DNA of 64,000 nucleotides, from NCBI RefSeq assembly GCF_009914755.1, contig NC_060927.1; one strand, written 5' to 3'. This stretch comes from the human T2T-CHM13v2.0 reference genome, Homo sapiens. The notes below the pieces were generated by a model. The model had not been told where the DNA came from. It ran no database searches and saw only the letters and a list, made by a program, of their open reading frames with translations. Made by a program: the position numbers and the translations under genes. This document shows positions 12,831-26,277 of the stretch, in pieces. The stretch's first letter is position 1. Each line of letters opens with the position of its first letter.

Positions 12831-14359
12831 AATCCTTTAGCTAGACAGAAAAGTTCTCCAACTCCCCACCCGACTCAGAAGCCCAGCTGGCTTCACCTCT
12901 CAAAACTATCTTTCTTTTTGGCTAAGTGATCATTTTATAGTAGTATCTTTTGAATCCTTGACTTTTATTTTTAGTGTATATATTATAGGTTTTGGCTTTT
13001 GATTACCATGAGGCTTACAAAAAAAATTCTGTAGTTGTGAAAAGTTATTTCATACTAAAACCTAATTAACTTTAATCACAAAGAAATGATAAAACAAAAA
13101 GTGCATTTTAACTTTATCTCCTTCCAATTTTGAATTTTGGATGTCACAATTTACATTTTATATTGCCCATGTTTTAAAAATTTATTCCAAAACAGCTTTT
13201 TTGAATTCTTTTTCTGAGAATTCATGTCTCCATCACGTTAGGATCAGTCTTTGGTGCATTATTTTGTCTGTAGTTCACATATTCCTGAAAGTTCTTGATG
13301 CTTGTAGACCTGTAATGATGTCTTCACAATGAGGGATTATGTATGTATTCCAATCTTTGTAGTCTGGCTTTGTGCCTATTCTTTTTCACAGGGACTTCCA
13401 GAAATTATAACTTGACTCACTGTTGTAGTCTCTGAGCCAGTGACCACTGCAGCTATCTCAGCACTAAGGGGCATGCTAAGCACAGGTTTTCTTCAAGTCT
13501 TTCAAAGGCTCCAAGGTTGGCTAAGCTTGCCAGCTTGGATGGACCTGTGGAAGACCCAAAGTGGATACCTGGGCTGTGTGATAATGCTGTCCAGGGACCC
13601 AAGCCTGGAAGCTGGTCCAAGTGGCCTTGATCAACACAACTCCTAGCTGGCCCCTGCACAAGTGCCATAAGATCCTGACAGGAGAGCAGATGCTGCAACA
13701 GGAGGGGCCAGATCTGAGACTGGGTCCCCTCAAGACCTTCATGGAGGCTCTGATTCTTGGGCTGCAAGATTTGAGTGAATCTCCCTCTGGTCATTGTGTG
13801 AGCAGTTATGAGCTGATATCTCAGCTGAGGGGATTTGGAGGCAGGTCATAGAGCAACATTCAGTTTTATTGCTGAGATCAGTGTCTGCAGGCAGACAAGC
13901 CACTCCACTATGGCACAAATGTTTGTGATTTCTCTGGGCCACTAGATAGATGATTTTGGTTTCAATCTTAAGGTCCAGTAGGGTTGTAGCCAAACGCCTT
14001 GGTGAATCAGCTATTTCCAGGCTTAATTCCAGAAGCACCATCAGAGGATCTGCCACCTCAGTGCCAGTTGGCTCTCTCAAAATGACACTCTTAAGTCTTG
14101 GGCTTCACAAAGTTTTCACAACCTCCTACCTAAATTCTGAGGCTATAAAAAAAGACTTTTTTCTGTAGTTGGGTGCAGAATTATTGTTGGTGAGGGGATG
14201 TCAGAATGTCTCCTATTTTACCATCTTGCTGATATCCTAATCATTATTTTATATGCATGCTCATATTAGCTACCATGTCCTTGGTGGTGGCTATACGCTA
14301 GAAAATGCGCTAATCATGTTATCTCTTGCATAGTCCTCAAAATGATTATGAAAGGAAGA

Positions 14360-15250
14360 TTATTTGAGGCCTAATTCTTGGGAAAATAGTTGCTGAGATC
14401 ATAGTACGTGTGGAAGAATATTGTTGCAAAGTTATCCCAGAAATAACATCTATGAGGGAATGTAGGCAGCAGGACTGCATTGAAAAAGAGATTGAACTGT
14501 GATGTAGTTGCAACCAAGACTTTTTTTTGACAGATAGTTGAGAAGTAGGATCTGCCATTCTGCTGTGTTCAAAACTGAAGCAAGGGGACACAGCCTTTTA
14601 ATTCCCACCAAATCAGTCATCAAATGGGGAGATAAATTTGGGGATAGGCAGCTCCCTTTGGCTGCAGGAAATAACTGGGGAGAACTACAGTTGTGAAACT
14701 TTAACTGGAAAATTCTTAGCAAGTGTGATCTGTGTGGTATACCACAGCAACTGGTGCAGCTACCCTACGTGGAGCTCCACTTCAGACAGTAAGTTGACCT
14801 CAGGAAGAATTTCTGCAATATTCTGTTTTGCCTGTTATCTGGGGAAATTTACATGAGGAAGAATATTTAGGCAAAGTGAAGACTCATTCTCAGTAACTGG
14901 CAGTAAATATGATTGATACTTATCATCTTCTGCCTCTATTACCTATTTCAAATTCCTCTCAACATCAAACTAGCACCTTGGCTGGTTGAGGTGGCTTATG
15001 TGGTGAGGCCACCCACAATCTTATCGCTCGGAGAATGGAATCCCTAGTCACCATGCATTTCTCAGTCATCAGCTGCTGCACTTTTTCATTAACTATCAAA
15101 ACTAGGCAGTGAAACACCGGGAACTACTCCAGGGGTCACATTGTTGACAAACGTATTTTCCTCTATTCTTTTTGTTTAACATTAGTCCTACCTTATTCTG
15201 ATGATCAAGGTTAATTACTTTTGCCAGGCTGGTTACTACTCTCCTCGAAT
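14360..15250 (-). mobile_element. ERVL LTR16-like LTR plus degraded internal sequence
   Basis: Resembles LTR16 motifs (gaactgtgatgtagttgcaac); highly diverged, boundaries approximate. Confidence 0.45.
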
Positions 15251-16038
15251 TGTCACTTACAATAATGAGCTTGAAGATTTAACATAATCCCAATCAAAAT
15301 CCCAGAAGGATTTTTTTCTTACAAAGGCTTATGTATTACCAACATATATAAATGCTAGAAAAAAATATACCAGTTACGTTATGGAAACTCATATGAATTT
15401 AAATTCATAGTCATAGATAAGTGATTATATGCAGTGTATTTTCAACAAGTTCATGAGTTCTATATTTACATCAAAAATTGATAATGGCTAGTATTGACAA
15501 CATATTGGACAATGAGTACTTTATACTGCTATTAAGAATATAAATTTGATATAAACTTACAGGAGAGAATTTTAGAAATAATTATTTACATTAAAACGTA
15601 TATAGTTTGAACTCTTGATTTTACTTCAAGAAATGTGTACTAGGGACATTGAAACACCAAAGGTTTTAGATTTCGTACTATTGTGTAATTTATTACTATT
15701 AGAAACCATCTGGATTACAAGGATTAGCTAATATGTGCTATCAGGAAAATCCCATGCAGCATGTAAAATATATAAATAATACTGGCTTAAAAACAAAATA
15801 TTGAGTGTCTGAGTCCATATGAAAAATTAGGAAATCATATGCATGTCTTGGAAAATTCTGGAATATGTGCCAAAATTTTAACATCATTTTTTTTATGCAA
15901 CTGCGAGTGATATTTGCCTTCCTATTTACATATTTCTGAAGTTTTTTTAAGCAAACGTGAATTAAAATTTAAACACACAAAAAAAGGATTTTCTTATTGG
16001 TTATTTTCACATTAAATGTTCTAAAATGTATTACCTAG

Positions 16039-16408
<370 letters not shown>

Positions 16409-16479
16409 AGGAATTTTTAATCATAGAAAAAGTAGTTGCTACGAAAAATAGTTCAAAATCTCTTTTGGTATTATAGTAT

Positions 16480-16741
16480 TATATTGCCTGTCTCATTGAA
16501 GTCAGACAGGCTTTGGCTTGTCTTGGTTACCAATATGTGAATATCCATGGCATGTGATTTTTCTTGGTGGAAACTTTAGAAACCAAACATTAATTGCTGT
16601 GTTTTCTCTTGCCTTTGCAATGTTTTAGCTTGTTGCTCTTCCTTCAGCTCAGAACATACAGATGGGAGAACACAGAGCAAACCTCCTAGCCAAGCTGCAA
16701 AGAATATGCAGAGTGAGCAAGAAATAACCCTTTGTGGTTTA
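16480..16741 (+). mobile_element. MLT1 (I/J-like) MaLR LTR fragment
   Basis: 3' motif gtgagcaagaaataaccctttgtggttt typical of old MLT1. Confidence 0.5.
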
Positions 16742-17345
16742 TATATGATCTTCTTCTACTTAAATATAGATACTTCTTAAAAAGAATTACATATCACAGT
16801 GATATCAGATTTATCTTCAATATTTTTAATATGGATAATAGAAGCTGAATTAAAAGAGCTTCCAAAGTAAAATTTAAACAAATTTACATTACGTTAATTT
16901 GAAACTTGTAATACTTAAATTTAAAGAGTTGTTTTAGAATGGAGGTCAATAAATAGTTTTTATTGCCTTTGTGGTTTAGCTAAACAGCTAATTATTTTTG
17001 TTTTTATGTTATTTTTGTCATGAGAATGAAAAAGGAATTACAGGAATAGATGTTTTGAAAAGATGAGATGGGAAGAAAAAGTCTGTAGCCAGAACTGAAA
17101 TTCTGTAGCATGTAGTAAGAGACAAGAAATACTCCTTGAGTTGAGTTACCTGAGTTTAAATTGGGTAGATAAAAATAAAGTAAATATGAAAAGATATAAA
17201 ACAAAGCTTTTGTTTTCATGCATTTGAAGTAAAGATTTTTCCTAAAATATAACTAAGGAAAAAACATATATTTAGAAGAAGTTGTTTGACAATATATTTT
17301 GTATAGAAGAAAACAAAAAACAAACAAATAATCCTTTTTTAAATG

Positions 17346-17803
17346 TTTTATTTTATTTTATTCTAAGTTCTGAGATACATGTGTGGGATGTACAGATTTG
17401 TTACATAGGTAAACGTGTGTCATGGTGGTTTGCTGCATCTGTCAACCCATCATCTAGGTATTAAGCCCATCATGCATTAGCTATTTTTCCTGATGCTCTC
17501 CCTCCTCCCACCCCCACTTTCCAACAGACTCCAGTGTGTGTTGTTCCCCACCCTGCGTCCATGTGTTCTCATTTTTCAGCTCCCACTTCTAAGTGAGAAC
17601 ATGTGGTGCTCGGTTTTCTGTCCCTGTGTTAGTTTGCTGATGATAATGACTTCCAGCTCCATCCATGTGCCTGCAAAGGACATAATCTCTTTCCTTTTTA
17701 TGGCTGCATAGTATTCCATGGTGTATATGTACCACATTTTCTTTATCCAGTCTATCATTGATGGGCATTTGGGTTGATTTCATGTACTTGCTATTGAGAA
17801 TAG
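17346..17803 (-). mobile_element. L1PA (PA8-PA11-like) 3' fragment
   Basis: L1PA 3'UTR and ORF2 end (WIKKMWYIYTMEYYAAIK). Confidence 0.9.
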
Positions 17804-18230
17804 AAGAAAATAATTCTTGATTTAAACAGAAGGACATGACAAAATAAAGAGTAGGTAGGTGTGGCCAAATCATAAATAAAAATATAACTTTCTTCTGTTA
17901 TTTTTTTCTCATTTAGACTTCACGTCCTCTTTTGTTTTCTTCACTACTATAATAAGATATATAATGTATGATTGTTGTTCTTCACTGTGCAAAACAGTGG
18001 AATGTTACGATAAACTAGTGTTTCTATTGGGATTTGTGTGTGTGTGTGTTCTTTAATTGTGAATACCCTGTATTTTAAATCAGGTCAAAGATTATCTTTT
18101 GTTTATTTTATTGATGGCTGCTTTGCATATTTGAGAAAGACATACTGTGTGTAAGTGATTTCCTTATACAACATATCAATTTATTTTTAAATTTTAGTTA
18201 TGTAAATTACTTCATTATTCTCCAGTTTAC

Positions 18231-18299
18231 TTGTGTATTTTTTCCTCTTGCTTCTCTTTATCTTCTTTCTCCTGTCATCTTCCCCCTCTTTTTCTCTTA
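18231..18299 (-). pseudogene. Candidate exon, 69 nt, open (VREKEGEDDRRKKIKRSKRKKYT)
   Basis: Acceptor cccttttcaacttttacttccAG, donor caa|GTaaac, phase 1-1. Confidence 0.5.
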
Positions 18300-18526
18300 C
18301 TGGAAGTAAAAGTTGAAAAGGGAATGTGATCCAAGTTTATAAGTTCAGAAATTTAGGGCTATATAATTGATTTGATGTAAAGCATAGAAAAAATATAAAA
18401 ATTTTGATTACTCAGATTAACTAAAAATTTTATTAAATTTTCAGCCCAAATAATACCCGAAGTAGTCATGAGAATATAAAAAAGCTAAACATCTTATTTT
18501 AAATATTGTGACAGTATTTTGTCTAC

Positions 18527-18582
18527 CTTTCACTTTGCTCCACTGAGAAATAGTTATATTTTACTGCTTAGAGTTGTGAGAC
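18527..18582 (-). pseudogene. Candidate exon, 56 nt
   Basis: Acceptor ttctttattgtcttAG, donor aag|GTagac; phase 2-1 fits both neighbours. Confidence 0.5.
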
Positions 18583-18667
18583 CTAAGACAATAAAGAATG
18601 CAATTTAAATTCTGCAGATTGCTTTCAGCAATATGCTGTATGTTAAAAAAAAAAAAGAAAAACTCAC

Positions 18668-18890
18668 ACAGAGTCAATTAAGCCATTGGATAATAGATCT
18701 TTTTTGTTCAGGTAACTAAATAAGCTATTCATTTAAAATATTTATTGCCCTTCTTTGTTTTTATTCACACTCGAGCTTTTCAAAGAAAATGACAATGTTA
18801 ATGTTTTCTCTAAATGATCTTCTATTATGACTCATTGTGGAGCTCTACTTTATTCATCTGCTTATGATAATAATAATAATGCTGGTTATT
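18668..18890 (-). pseudogene. Candidate exon, 223 nt, disrupted
   Basis: Acceptor ttttcttttattaccctcAG, donor tgt|GTgagt; ends YLNKKDLLSNGLIDS. Confidence 0.5.
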
Positions 18891-18994
18891 CTGAGGGTAA
18901 TAAAAGAAAATGACATGTGACATACTCTCATTCCATTGTGGTAATTCTTTTCTCTAGTCTAAAACATTCAGATGTGAGAAAATGCAACCCAGTA

Positions 18995-19501
<507 letters not shown>

Positions 19502-20280
19502 TAGAATTTCTTAAAAAAATATTTTTCACAGGACAGTATATTTTCAAATATCTTTTGACACAATGTATTATAAAACTATTCTGTTTTGTTTTATACTTTC
19601 TTCGAATGAGGATTATGTAGATCCTTCTTTATTTTCAAGGCCTTACATCATATTGAAAGACACAATTTACTATTGTAAGATGAACATTAATATATATTTT
19701 GGGGGGTAAACTACAAAAAAAGAAAAAAGGATTGCTTCATGCAGCTATATTCTAATGGCTAGAAGCTGTTTCATGTCACGTGCCATTATTTGAAGTAATT
19801 AATTCTGTCATTATATAACATTAATTTGAGAAAGGTATAAAAAATTGACTTACTAGTTTTTTATATTGGACCACATTCTTTGTAATTAAATATAATGTAT
19901 AATACATGTTTTATTTATTAGTACTGATGTCCTCCAGTTAAAGGCCACCAGGACCACATATTTAGCCAAACACAGTTGGCTTTATTGTTTTCTGCAACAA
20001 AGATTTTTATATCTTATTGGAATATGGGGGCACAGAGAGAAATTTTCATGACAGGGACCTCACTGCTCTTTTATTTAAAAAACTGGGCCTCTTTTAGGTG
20101 ATTTTAGAGATGACTTAAGATGACACGGTGTCCTTTTTCTGGGTTAGGTGCTATTAGATAATGAGAATAATTCTGTAATCTGGAATTTTAGTTTTATTCT
20201 AGTGGATGAGAAAAATGAGGCTGAGTTATGGCTGTAATTGGTAAAGAAGTAACAATAAGGGAAAGAAGTTGTTATTTCAT

Positions 20281-21370
20281 TGTGATGGTTACTTTTGTGT
20301 CAACTTCACTGGCTAAAGGATGTTTAAGATAGCTGGCAAAACATTAGTTCCGTTTGTGTTTGACAGGGTGTTTCTGGTAGAGATTAGCATTTGAATTAGT
20401 AAACTAAGTAAGTTTGGAAAGACTTTAAAGTTGAATCAGGCTGAATTTAATGACATGGGCTCACTAGACAGAGATTCTGCATTTAATGTTGCAACCCAGG
20501 AAGTCAGAAAGAGTTCAACAGTTTGTTCAGGTAGTTGGCTAAAACATGGAGCAAAAGATGGTCCACCATGAGCAAATTGGGTTAAGTTAGTGAAACATAT
20601 TCAAAGGCTTAGGGAGATTGAACTGTGGATTTGTCATTTAAGATCTACTCACCACACTGGATGAATTTAGAAGACATACTCTTCACCAATATTTTAAAAA
20701 ATTTCTGAGAGGAGCCCCAGAATCCTTGAGGTGTTGCAAGATCAATCTTCTTTGTAGGCTAGAACATACAGTAGGAACGGCAGCCACTCAACTGGAAGAC
20801 CTAAATACAATGGGAGTAATTGGATCTCAGAGTGACAAAGTCTAAGTGGAGACACTCAACCACCAAAAGCAAGGTGAACGTGGTGGTTACCATAATGGAT
20901 AGCAGAGTCAAAGCACAAATCAGAATAGTCTGATTAATATAGACCAATGGCATTGGCTAGTTAATCATGGCATTATTCAAAGAGAAATACAAATAAATTA
21001 TATTAAATTCTTACTTGATCTGTATAAGTAAGGAAGTGCTACGTCAAGTAAAATCAAGCCTAACTTGAATCATAAAAACAGAAAGTAATAGCTCTCTGAT
21101 ACAATAAATAATTAAGTTTAGATGAGATCATGAGTCTGGAGCTTCTATAATTAGATTAATGCTCCTATAAGAAGAAGAAGAGAAGCCAGAGCCCTTCTTT
21201 GCTCCCCACCATATGAGAATACAGCAAGAAGGTAGATATCTACAAGCCAGAAAGGGAACCCCTACCAGACACTGAATCTTCCAGAACCTTGATTTTGAAT
21301 TTCCCAGTATCCAGAATTGTGAGTCACCCAGGATATGATATTTTGTAATTGCAGCCTGAGCTAAGACTAT
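20281..21370 (+). mobile_element. Composite: MLT2 LTR 5' part, HERV-L gag fragment, MLT1A-like LTR 3' part
   Basis: tgtgatggtt...tgtcaactt MLT2 start; ERVL gag sequence from ~20412; MLT1A-type end gcagcctgagctaagac. Confidence 0.75.
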
Positions 21371-21500
21371 AATCAAATATTTAATTCTTGAATTTTGAAT
21401 TATTATAAAAATTTGTAGTCAGGGTATGACATTAAGATTAAATCGACATTTTAAATATTATGATTGATGAAATTAATTAATAACACCATTAATTAGTTAC

Positions 21501-21570
21501 CTCTTTGGGTCATTTCACTGTGTCACATGGACGTTGACATGGTGTTGCAAGTGACAGATCAATTTTTCAC
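21501..21570 (-). pseudogene. Candidate exon, 70 nt (EKLICHLQHHVNVHVTQ*NDPK)
   Basis: Acceptor ttaaatttAG, donor gag|GTaact. Confidence 0.4.
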
Positions 21571-22468
21571 CTAAATTTAACATAAGTCTTCCAGTCAAAG
21601 AATGTTTCAGAAATTATTACTAGTTCCTACAATATGCAGGTGAGAATGTGTTGCAGAGGAAAGATAAGAAAGACATATAAGAGTAAAGTTTATGGGGGGC
21701 AGAGAATTATAAAATCAGAGTCATTTTAATAAAGCAGTGGATCAAACCTTAAAATAACATATAGAAAAAAAGGAATTCGGAATGAATCATTTGAAAAATA
21801 TTCAGCAATTTAACACTATACTATAAGCAACTGTTTAAAAAGGACAACACAGTTTAGATTAAGAGCTTCAATAATAGGTGAATATTTAAGTTCTGATGAT
21901 TAAGCAAGAATGAAACAGGCCACTGTGGTTAAGGGTCTTCACGAGGTCTCTCTTGAGCCAAAACAGATGTGTATCAGAACACAACATATATTATTTATAG
22001 CTCCCTAAATAAAAAAAGTAATTTCTCATTACATAAATGTTTTCAGTCTTGTGCAACAATCCGTTTTTGCATATGTGCAAATCTTGGGATCAAAGTCTTT
22101 TCAACTATTGTTCACTATTGGCAGCTAGCCCAAGAGAGCCATTCTAGTAAAGATCCTAACAACCCAGATAGAGAAAGGTGGAAGCAACAGCTTTTACATA
22201 TTTTGTCAATGCAATTTATTTCTGCCTCTGTATGCTACATATTACAAAGGTGCCACTCAAGTGGTTAAATACAAATGTGTAATCAAAAATGATGAAAATA
22301 CATTGTGTGGCATGTGTGCATGTGCACATGTGTGTGGTCATCAGGATCCCATAAAATCAAATAAATATTCCATTAACATAGGTTATCTATAAAATGTAGC
22401 AGCAAATATCTACTGATGGTATTTATGTGATCTTAGTTACCAAATTATAACTTTATTTGTTTACTTAC

Positions 22469-22581
22469 CAAATCATTATTGAATATTTGCACTACCCATT
22501 GTGTTTAGCAATCATTAGCAATCATTAGTGTGCCAAATGCTGCTGGGCATATATGGGTTATTTTCTCAATAAGTTTTCTGA
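22469..22581 (-). pseudogene. Candidate exon encoding a WD40-like repeat, frameshifted by a 10-bp duplication
   Basis: Acceptor tgttccttctactAG, donor ttg|GTaagt; VRKLIEKITHICPAAFGTLMIAKHNG*CKYSIMIW after removing the duplication. Confidence 0.6.
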
Positions 22582-23344
22582 CTAGTAGAAGGAACACTTG
22601 CAACATTGGACAGAAATAGAAGCATGTCAAAATAGAGAGGAGTGCAGAAAAGGGAAATGTTATCTCATATAGGGGTTTCTTCCTACATAAAACATTCGGG
22701 AAAAAAAAATGGTATTTGAGGTTAGGCTGGAAAGATGGTGAGGCAATGCCATTTTTATATTTGGAGAAGGTAGAAAGGGCATTGCAGATTGCAATAGAGC
22801 AAGGAAAAAAATCCACCATGAAGGGAAGCATTAAAAACACTAAAAATAACTATAGTTGCAGAAATAGATACACAATAAGAAAAGATATAAACAGTGACAT
22901 CAGTAACATAAGATTTGGGACAGGTAGTAAAAGTAAGTTTTTGTGCAGAATCAAAGTTAAGCTATCAGTTTAAAATAGACTGTTAAAATAACAGATGTAT
23001 GTTTATGTACACCTTATAGTAATCACAAAGAAAAAATCTTTAGTAGTTGCAAAAGATTAGAAACAAAATTAAAGTGGCAATAGTAAAGTTTTACATATCA
23101 ATAATTACTTTAAATGTAAATGTAAATAGAATGGCTAAACAAATTAAAACTAAAAACAAAGTAAGAACTAACAACTTGCTTCCTACAAGAGACTTTAGCT
23201 TTAAGGATACACATGGGCTGAAAGTAAAAAGATGGAAAAGGTACTCCATGTAAATGGTGACCAAAAAAAAGCAGGGGTGGCTAGACTTATATCAGACAGG
23301 GGAGACTTTAAGTTAAAATTGTCACAAGAGAAAAATAAAGCCAT

Positions 23345-23630
23345 GACCACTCTCAGTGGTTTACACCTGTAATCCCAGTCCTTTGAGAGGCTGAGGCAGG
23401 AGGATTGTTTGAGGTCAGGAGTTTCAGGTCAACCTGCACAACACAGTGAGACCCCATCTACACAACAAATTAAATAATTAGCCAGGTGTGCTAGTGTGCA
23501 TCTGTAATCCTTGTTCCTCAAGAGGCCTAGGCAGAAGGCTTGCATGAACCCAGGAATTTGAGAATGCAGTGAGCTATGATCACACCACTGAACTTCAGCC
23601 TTGGTAACAGCAAGTCGTGATCTCTAAAAG
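23345..23630 (+). mobile_element. AluJ
   Basis: Diverged Alu dimer inside the L1. Confidence 0.85.
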
Positions 23631-24489
23631 ATAAAAAAGGTCACTATATAATGATAAAGAGGTCAATTTATCAAGAGGATATAAGAATTTTAAATATATA
23701 TGCATCCAATATCAAAGCACCAAAAGATATAAAGCAAATATTAACAGAACTGAAGGGATAAAGAGATAGCTACAGAATTATAGTAGGAGACTTTGATATT
23801 CTACTTCTAACAATGAATAGATTATTCAGGCAGAAAATCAACAAAGAAACATCAGAGACAAACCTCACTCTAGACCAAATGGACCTAACAGACATTTACA
23901 GAACATTCTATCCAACAGTCACAGAATACTCACTCTTTTCAACAGTACATGGAACATTCTCCAGGATAGAACATGTATCAGGCCACAAAACAAGTATTAG
24001 GAAATTTAAGAGGATTGAGATCATATCTAGTATCATTTCAGATAATGATGGCAAAAATCTAGAGATCATTAATGGGAGAAACATTGGAAACTCCACAGAT
24101 ATGTGGAAATTAAACAACTCCTGAACAAGCAACAGATCAAGCAAGAAACACAATGGAAATCAAATAGTATCTTGAGACAAACAAAAATGGAATCACAACA
24201 TACCAAACTCATGAGACTCAGCAAAATCAGTTCTAAGAGGAAATTTTATAATGATCAGCACCTACATTAAGATAAAAGAAAGATCTTAAATAAACAACCT
24301 AACTCTACACTTCATGGAGCTAAAAAAGAAGACATTAAGTCTAAAGTTAGCAGAAGAAAAGAAGTAAAAATTAGAGATAAATGAAATAGAGATTAAACAA
24401 TGGAAAAGCAGTGAAATTAAGAGTTGGTTTTTGGAAAAGATAAACAAAACTGACAAACCCTTAGCTAAACTAAGAAAAAAGAGACAAGT

Positions 24490-25658
24490 CTCGAACGAAT
24501 GCAATTATAAGTAAAAGGGGAGACATTACATCTTATTCCACAGAAATAAAAAGGATTATAAGAGACTACTATGATCAATTATGTGACAGTGAATTGAGTT
24601 TCCTAGAAGCAATAGAGAAATTCCAAGAAACATTCAACCTACCATGACTGAATCATGAAAAAATAGAAAACCTAAACAGAACAATAATGACTACAAAAAT
24701 CGAATCAATAATAAAAAATGTCTCAACAAAGAATTAGGATCTAACGGCTTCACTGGTGAATTCTACCAAGCGTTTGAAGTATTAACACCAATCCTTCAAA
24801 TAACTCTTCCAAAACATTGAAGAGAAAGGAACCCTTTTAAATTTGTTTTATGAGCTCAGTATTGCCCTGATATTAAGGCCACACAAGAAAACTACAAGAA
24901 AAAAATTATAGGCTAATGTCTCTGATAAAAATAGATGCAAAAATGTCAGCGAACTACTGGAAAACCACATTTAACAGTCCACTAAAAGCATCGCACACTA
25001 TAATAGAGTGAGATTTGTCCCTGAGATGCAATGTTGTATTATCATATGCAAATTGATAAATGTAATTGCTATGGTTTGAATGTGTCTCCCCAAAATTCAT
25101 GGGATACGAACTCAATTATTAATGCAACAATATTGGTCATTGGTAGGTGGGGACTATTAAGAGCTGTTTGGGTCATGCAGGTTTTACTTTTATGAGTAGA
25201 TTGATGCCAGTATGGAAAGAGCTTGTAGGAGTGAGTACTCTCTCTTCTGCTCTGTTGCCATGTGAGGACACAGAGTTTGTTCTTCTCTTGCCCTTCTACC
25301 TTCTGCCATCTGAGGGCATAGCAAAAAGGCCTTCCTCAGGTGCCAGTGCCTTGATCATGGAGTTCCCAACATGCAGAACTGTGAGAAACAAATGTCTTTT
25401 CTTTCTACATTTCCCAGTTTCAAGTATGCAGTTATAACAGCACAAAACTGACCAAGACAGTGATACACTGCCAATAGGTTTTCTATTTTTTCATGATTCA
25501 GTCTTGGTAGGTTGAATGTTTCTTGGAATTTCCCTATTTCTTCTAGGTAATTCAATTCACTGTCACATAATTGATCACAGTAGTCTCTTATAATCCTTTT
25601 TATTTCTGTGGAATAAGATGTAATGTCCCCTCTTTTACTTATAATTGCATTTGTTGAG
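24490..25658. repeat. Inverted repeat pair 24490-24674 / 25475-25658 (~95% identical, 800-bp spacer)
   Basis: Manual alignment: 9 substitutions and 1 indel in ~185 bp. Confidence 0.95.
25067..25459 (+). mobile_element. MST-family MaLR solo LTR
   Basis: tgctatggtttgaatgtgtc...aagaca; 5-bp TSD gtaat/gtgat. Confidence 0.9.
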
Positions 25659-26277
25659 TGATTACACAGTGATTAAAACCACATGATTATCTTCATAGAT
25701 GTAGAAAAATTAATCGACCAATTCAACATCCTTTTTATGATTAAAATAAACTGTCAACAAATAAGTATACAAGCAATATATACTTTAATACAATATCAGC
25801 CATATATGGCAAAACCAACAGTGAACAGCATACTCACTCATAAAATGTTGAGAGCTTTTCCTCTAAGATCGGGTACAAGAAAAGGATGTCCGCTTACACC
25901 ACTTTTATTCAATATAGTATGGGAAGTCCTGAGCAAAACAATTAGGCAAGGTAAAGAAATAAAAAGCATCCAAATTGGATAAATTATTGATCCTCCTTAT
26001 AGCTTGTTTGATGATTTGTATTCCAAATACATGATAAAAATAGACCCTCAAAACTTGATACATTTTCCTCTTCAGAATACATTATAATTAATCATTGGGT
26101 TATAATATGATTGAGCCTTGTGAGATAAAAAAGATTTAACTCATTCTAAGTCAGCTAAATATGGCAGAGGAATTGTAGGGAAACAAAGGATGCAATAAAC
26201 CTGACTAAGATTTGGTCAGAAAATTAATTGCATTAAAATATTCAAGATATACTCAATCAATAGATATAATAATGAAC

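Larger units (their letters stand above)
9850..12902 (-). mobile_element. ERV9/LTR12 provirus with large internal deletion
   Basis: Perfect TSD aaac (9846-9849 and 12903-12906); 3' LTR U5 remnant 9850-10061, gag/leader 10062-12208, 5' LTR 12209-12902. Confidence 0.93.
5317..14235 (-). mobile_element. Near full-length old L1 (L1MA-class) interrupted by Alu, LTR14-like LTR and ERV9
   Basis: ORF2 peptides ([24 protein letters not shown]), colinear across the insertions; 5'-end-like motif ...tattttaccatcttg at ~14215-14230. Confidence 0.8.
22830..25982 (+). mobile_element. Old L1M ORF2 5' half, interrupted by AluJ, MST LTR and an inverted duplication
   Basis: Endonuclease peptides (ISIITLNVN, DLTDIYRTFYP, HGTFSRIEH) and RT start (AFPLRSGTRKGCPL). 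Confidence 0.88.

Noticed and set aside
12580-12860. Repeat-spacer-like array
   Set aside because: Standard LTR12 U3 tandem repeats, not CRISPR; eukaryotic context.
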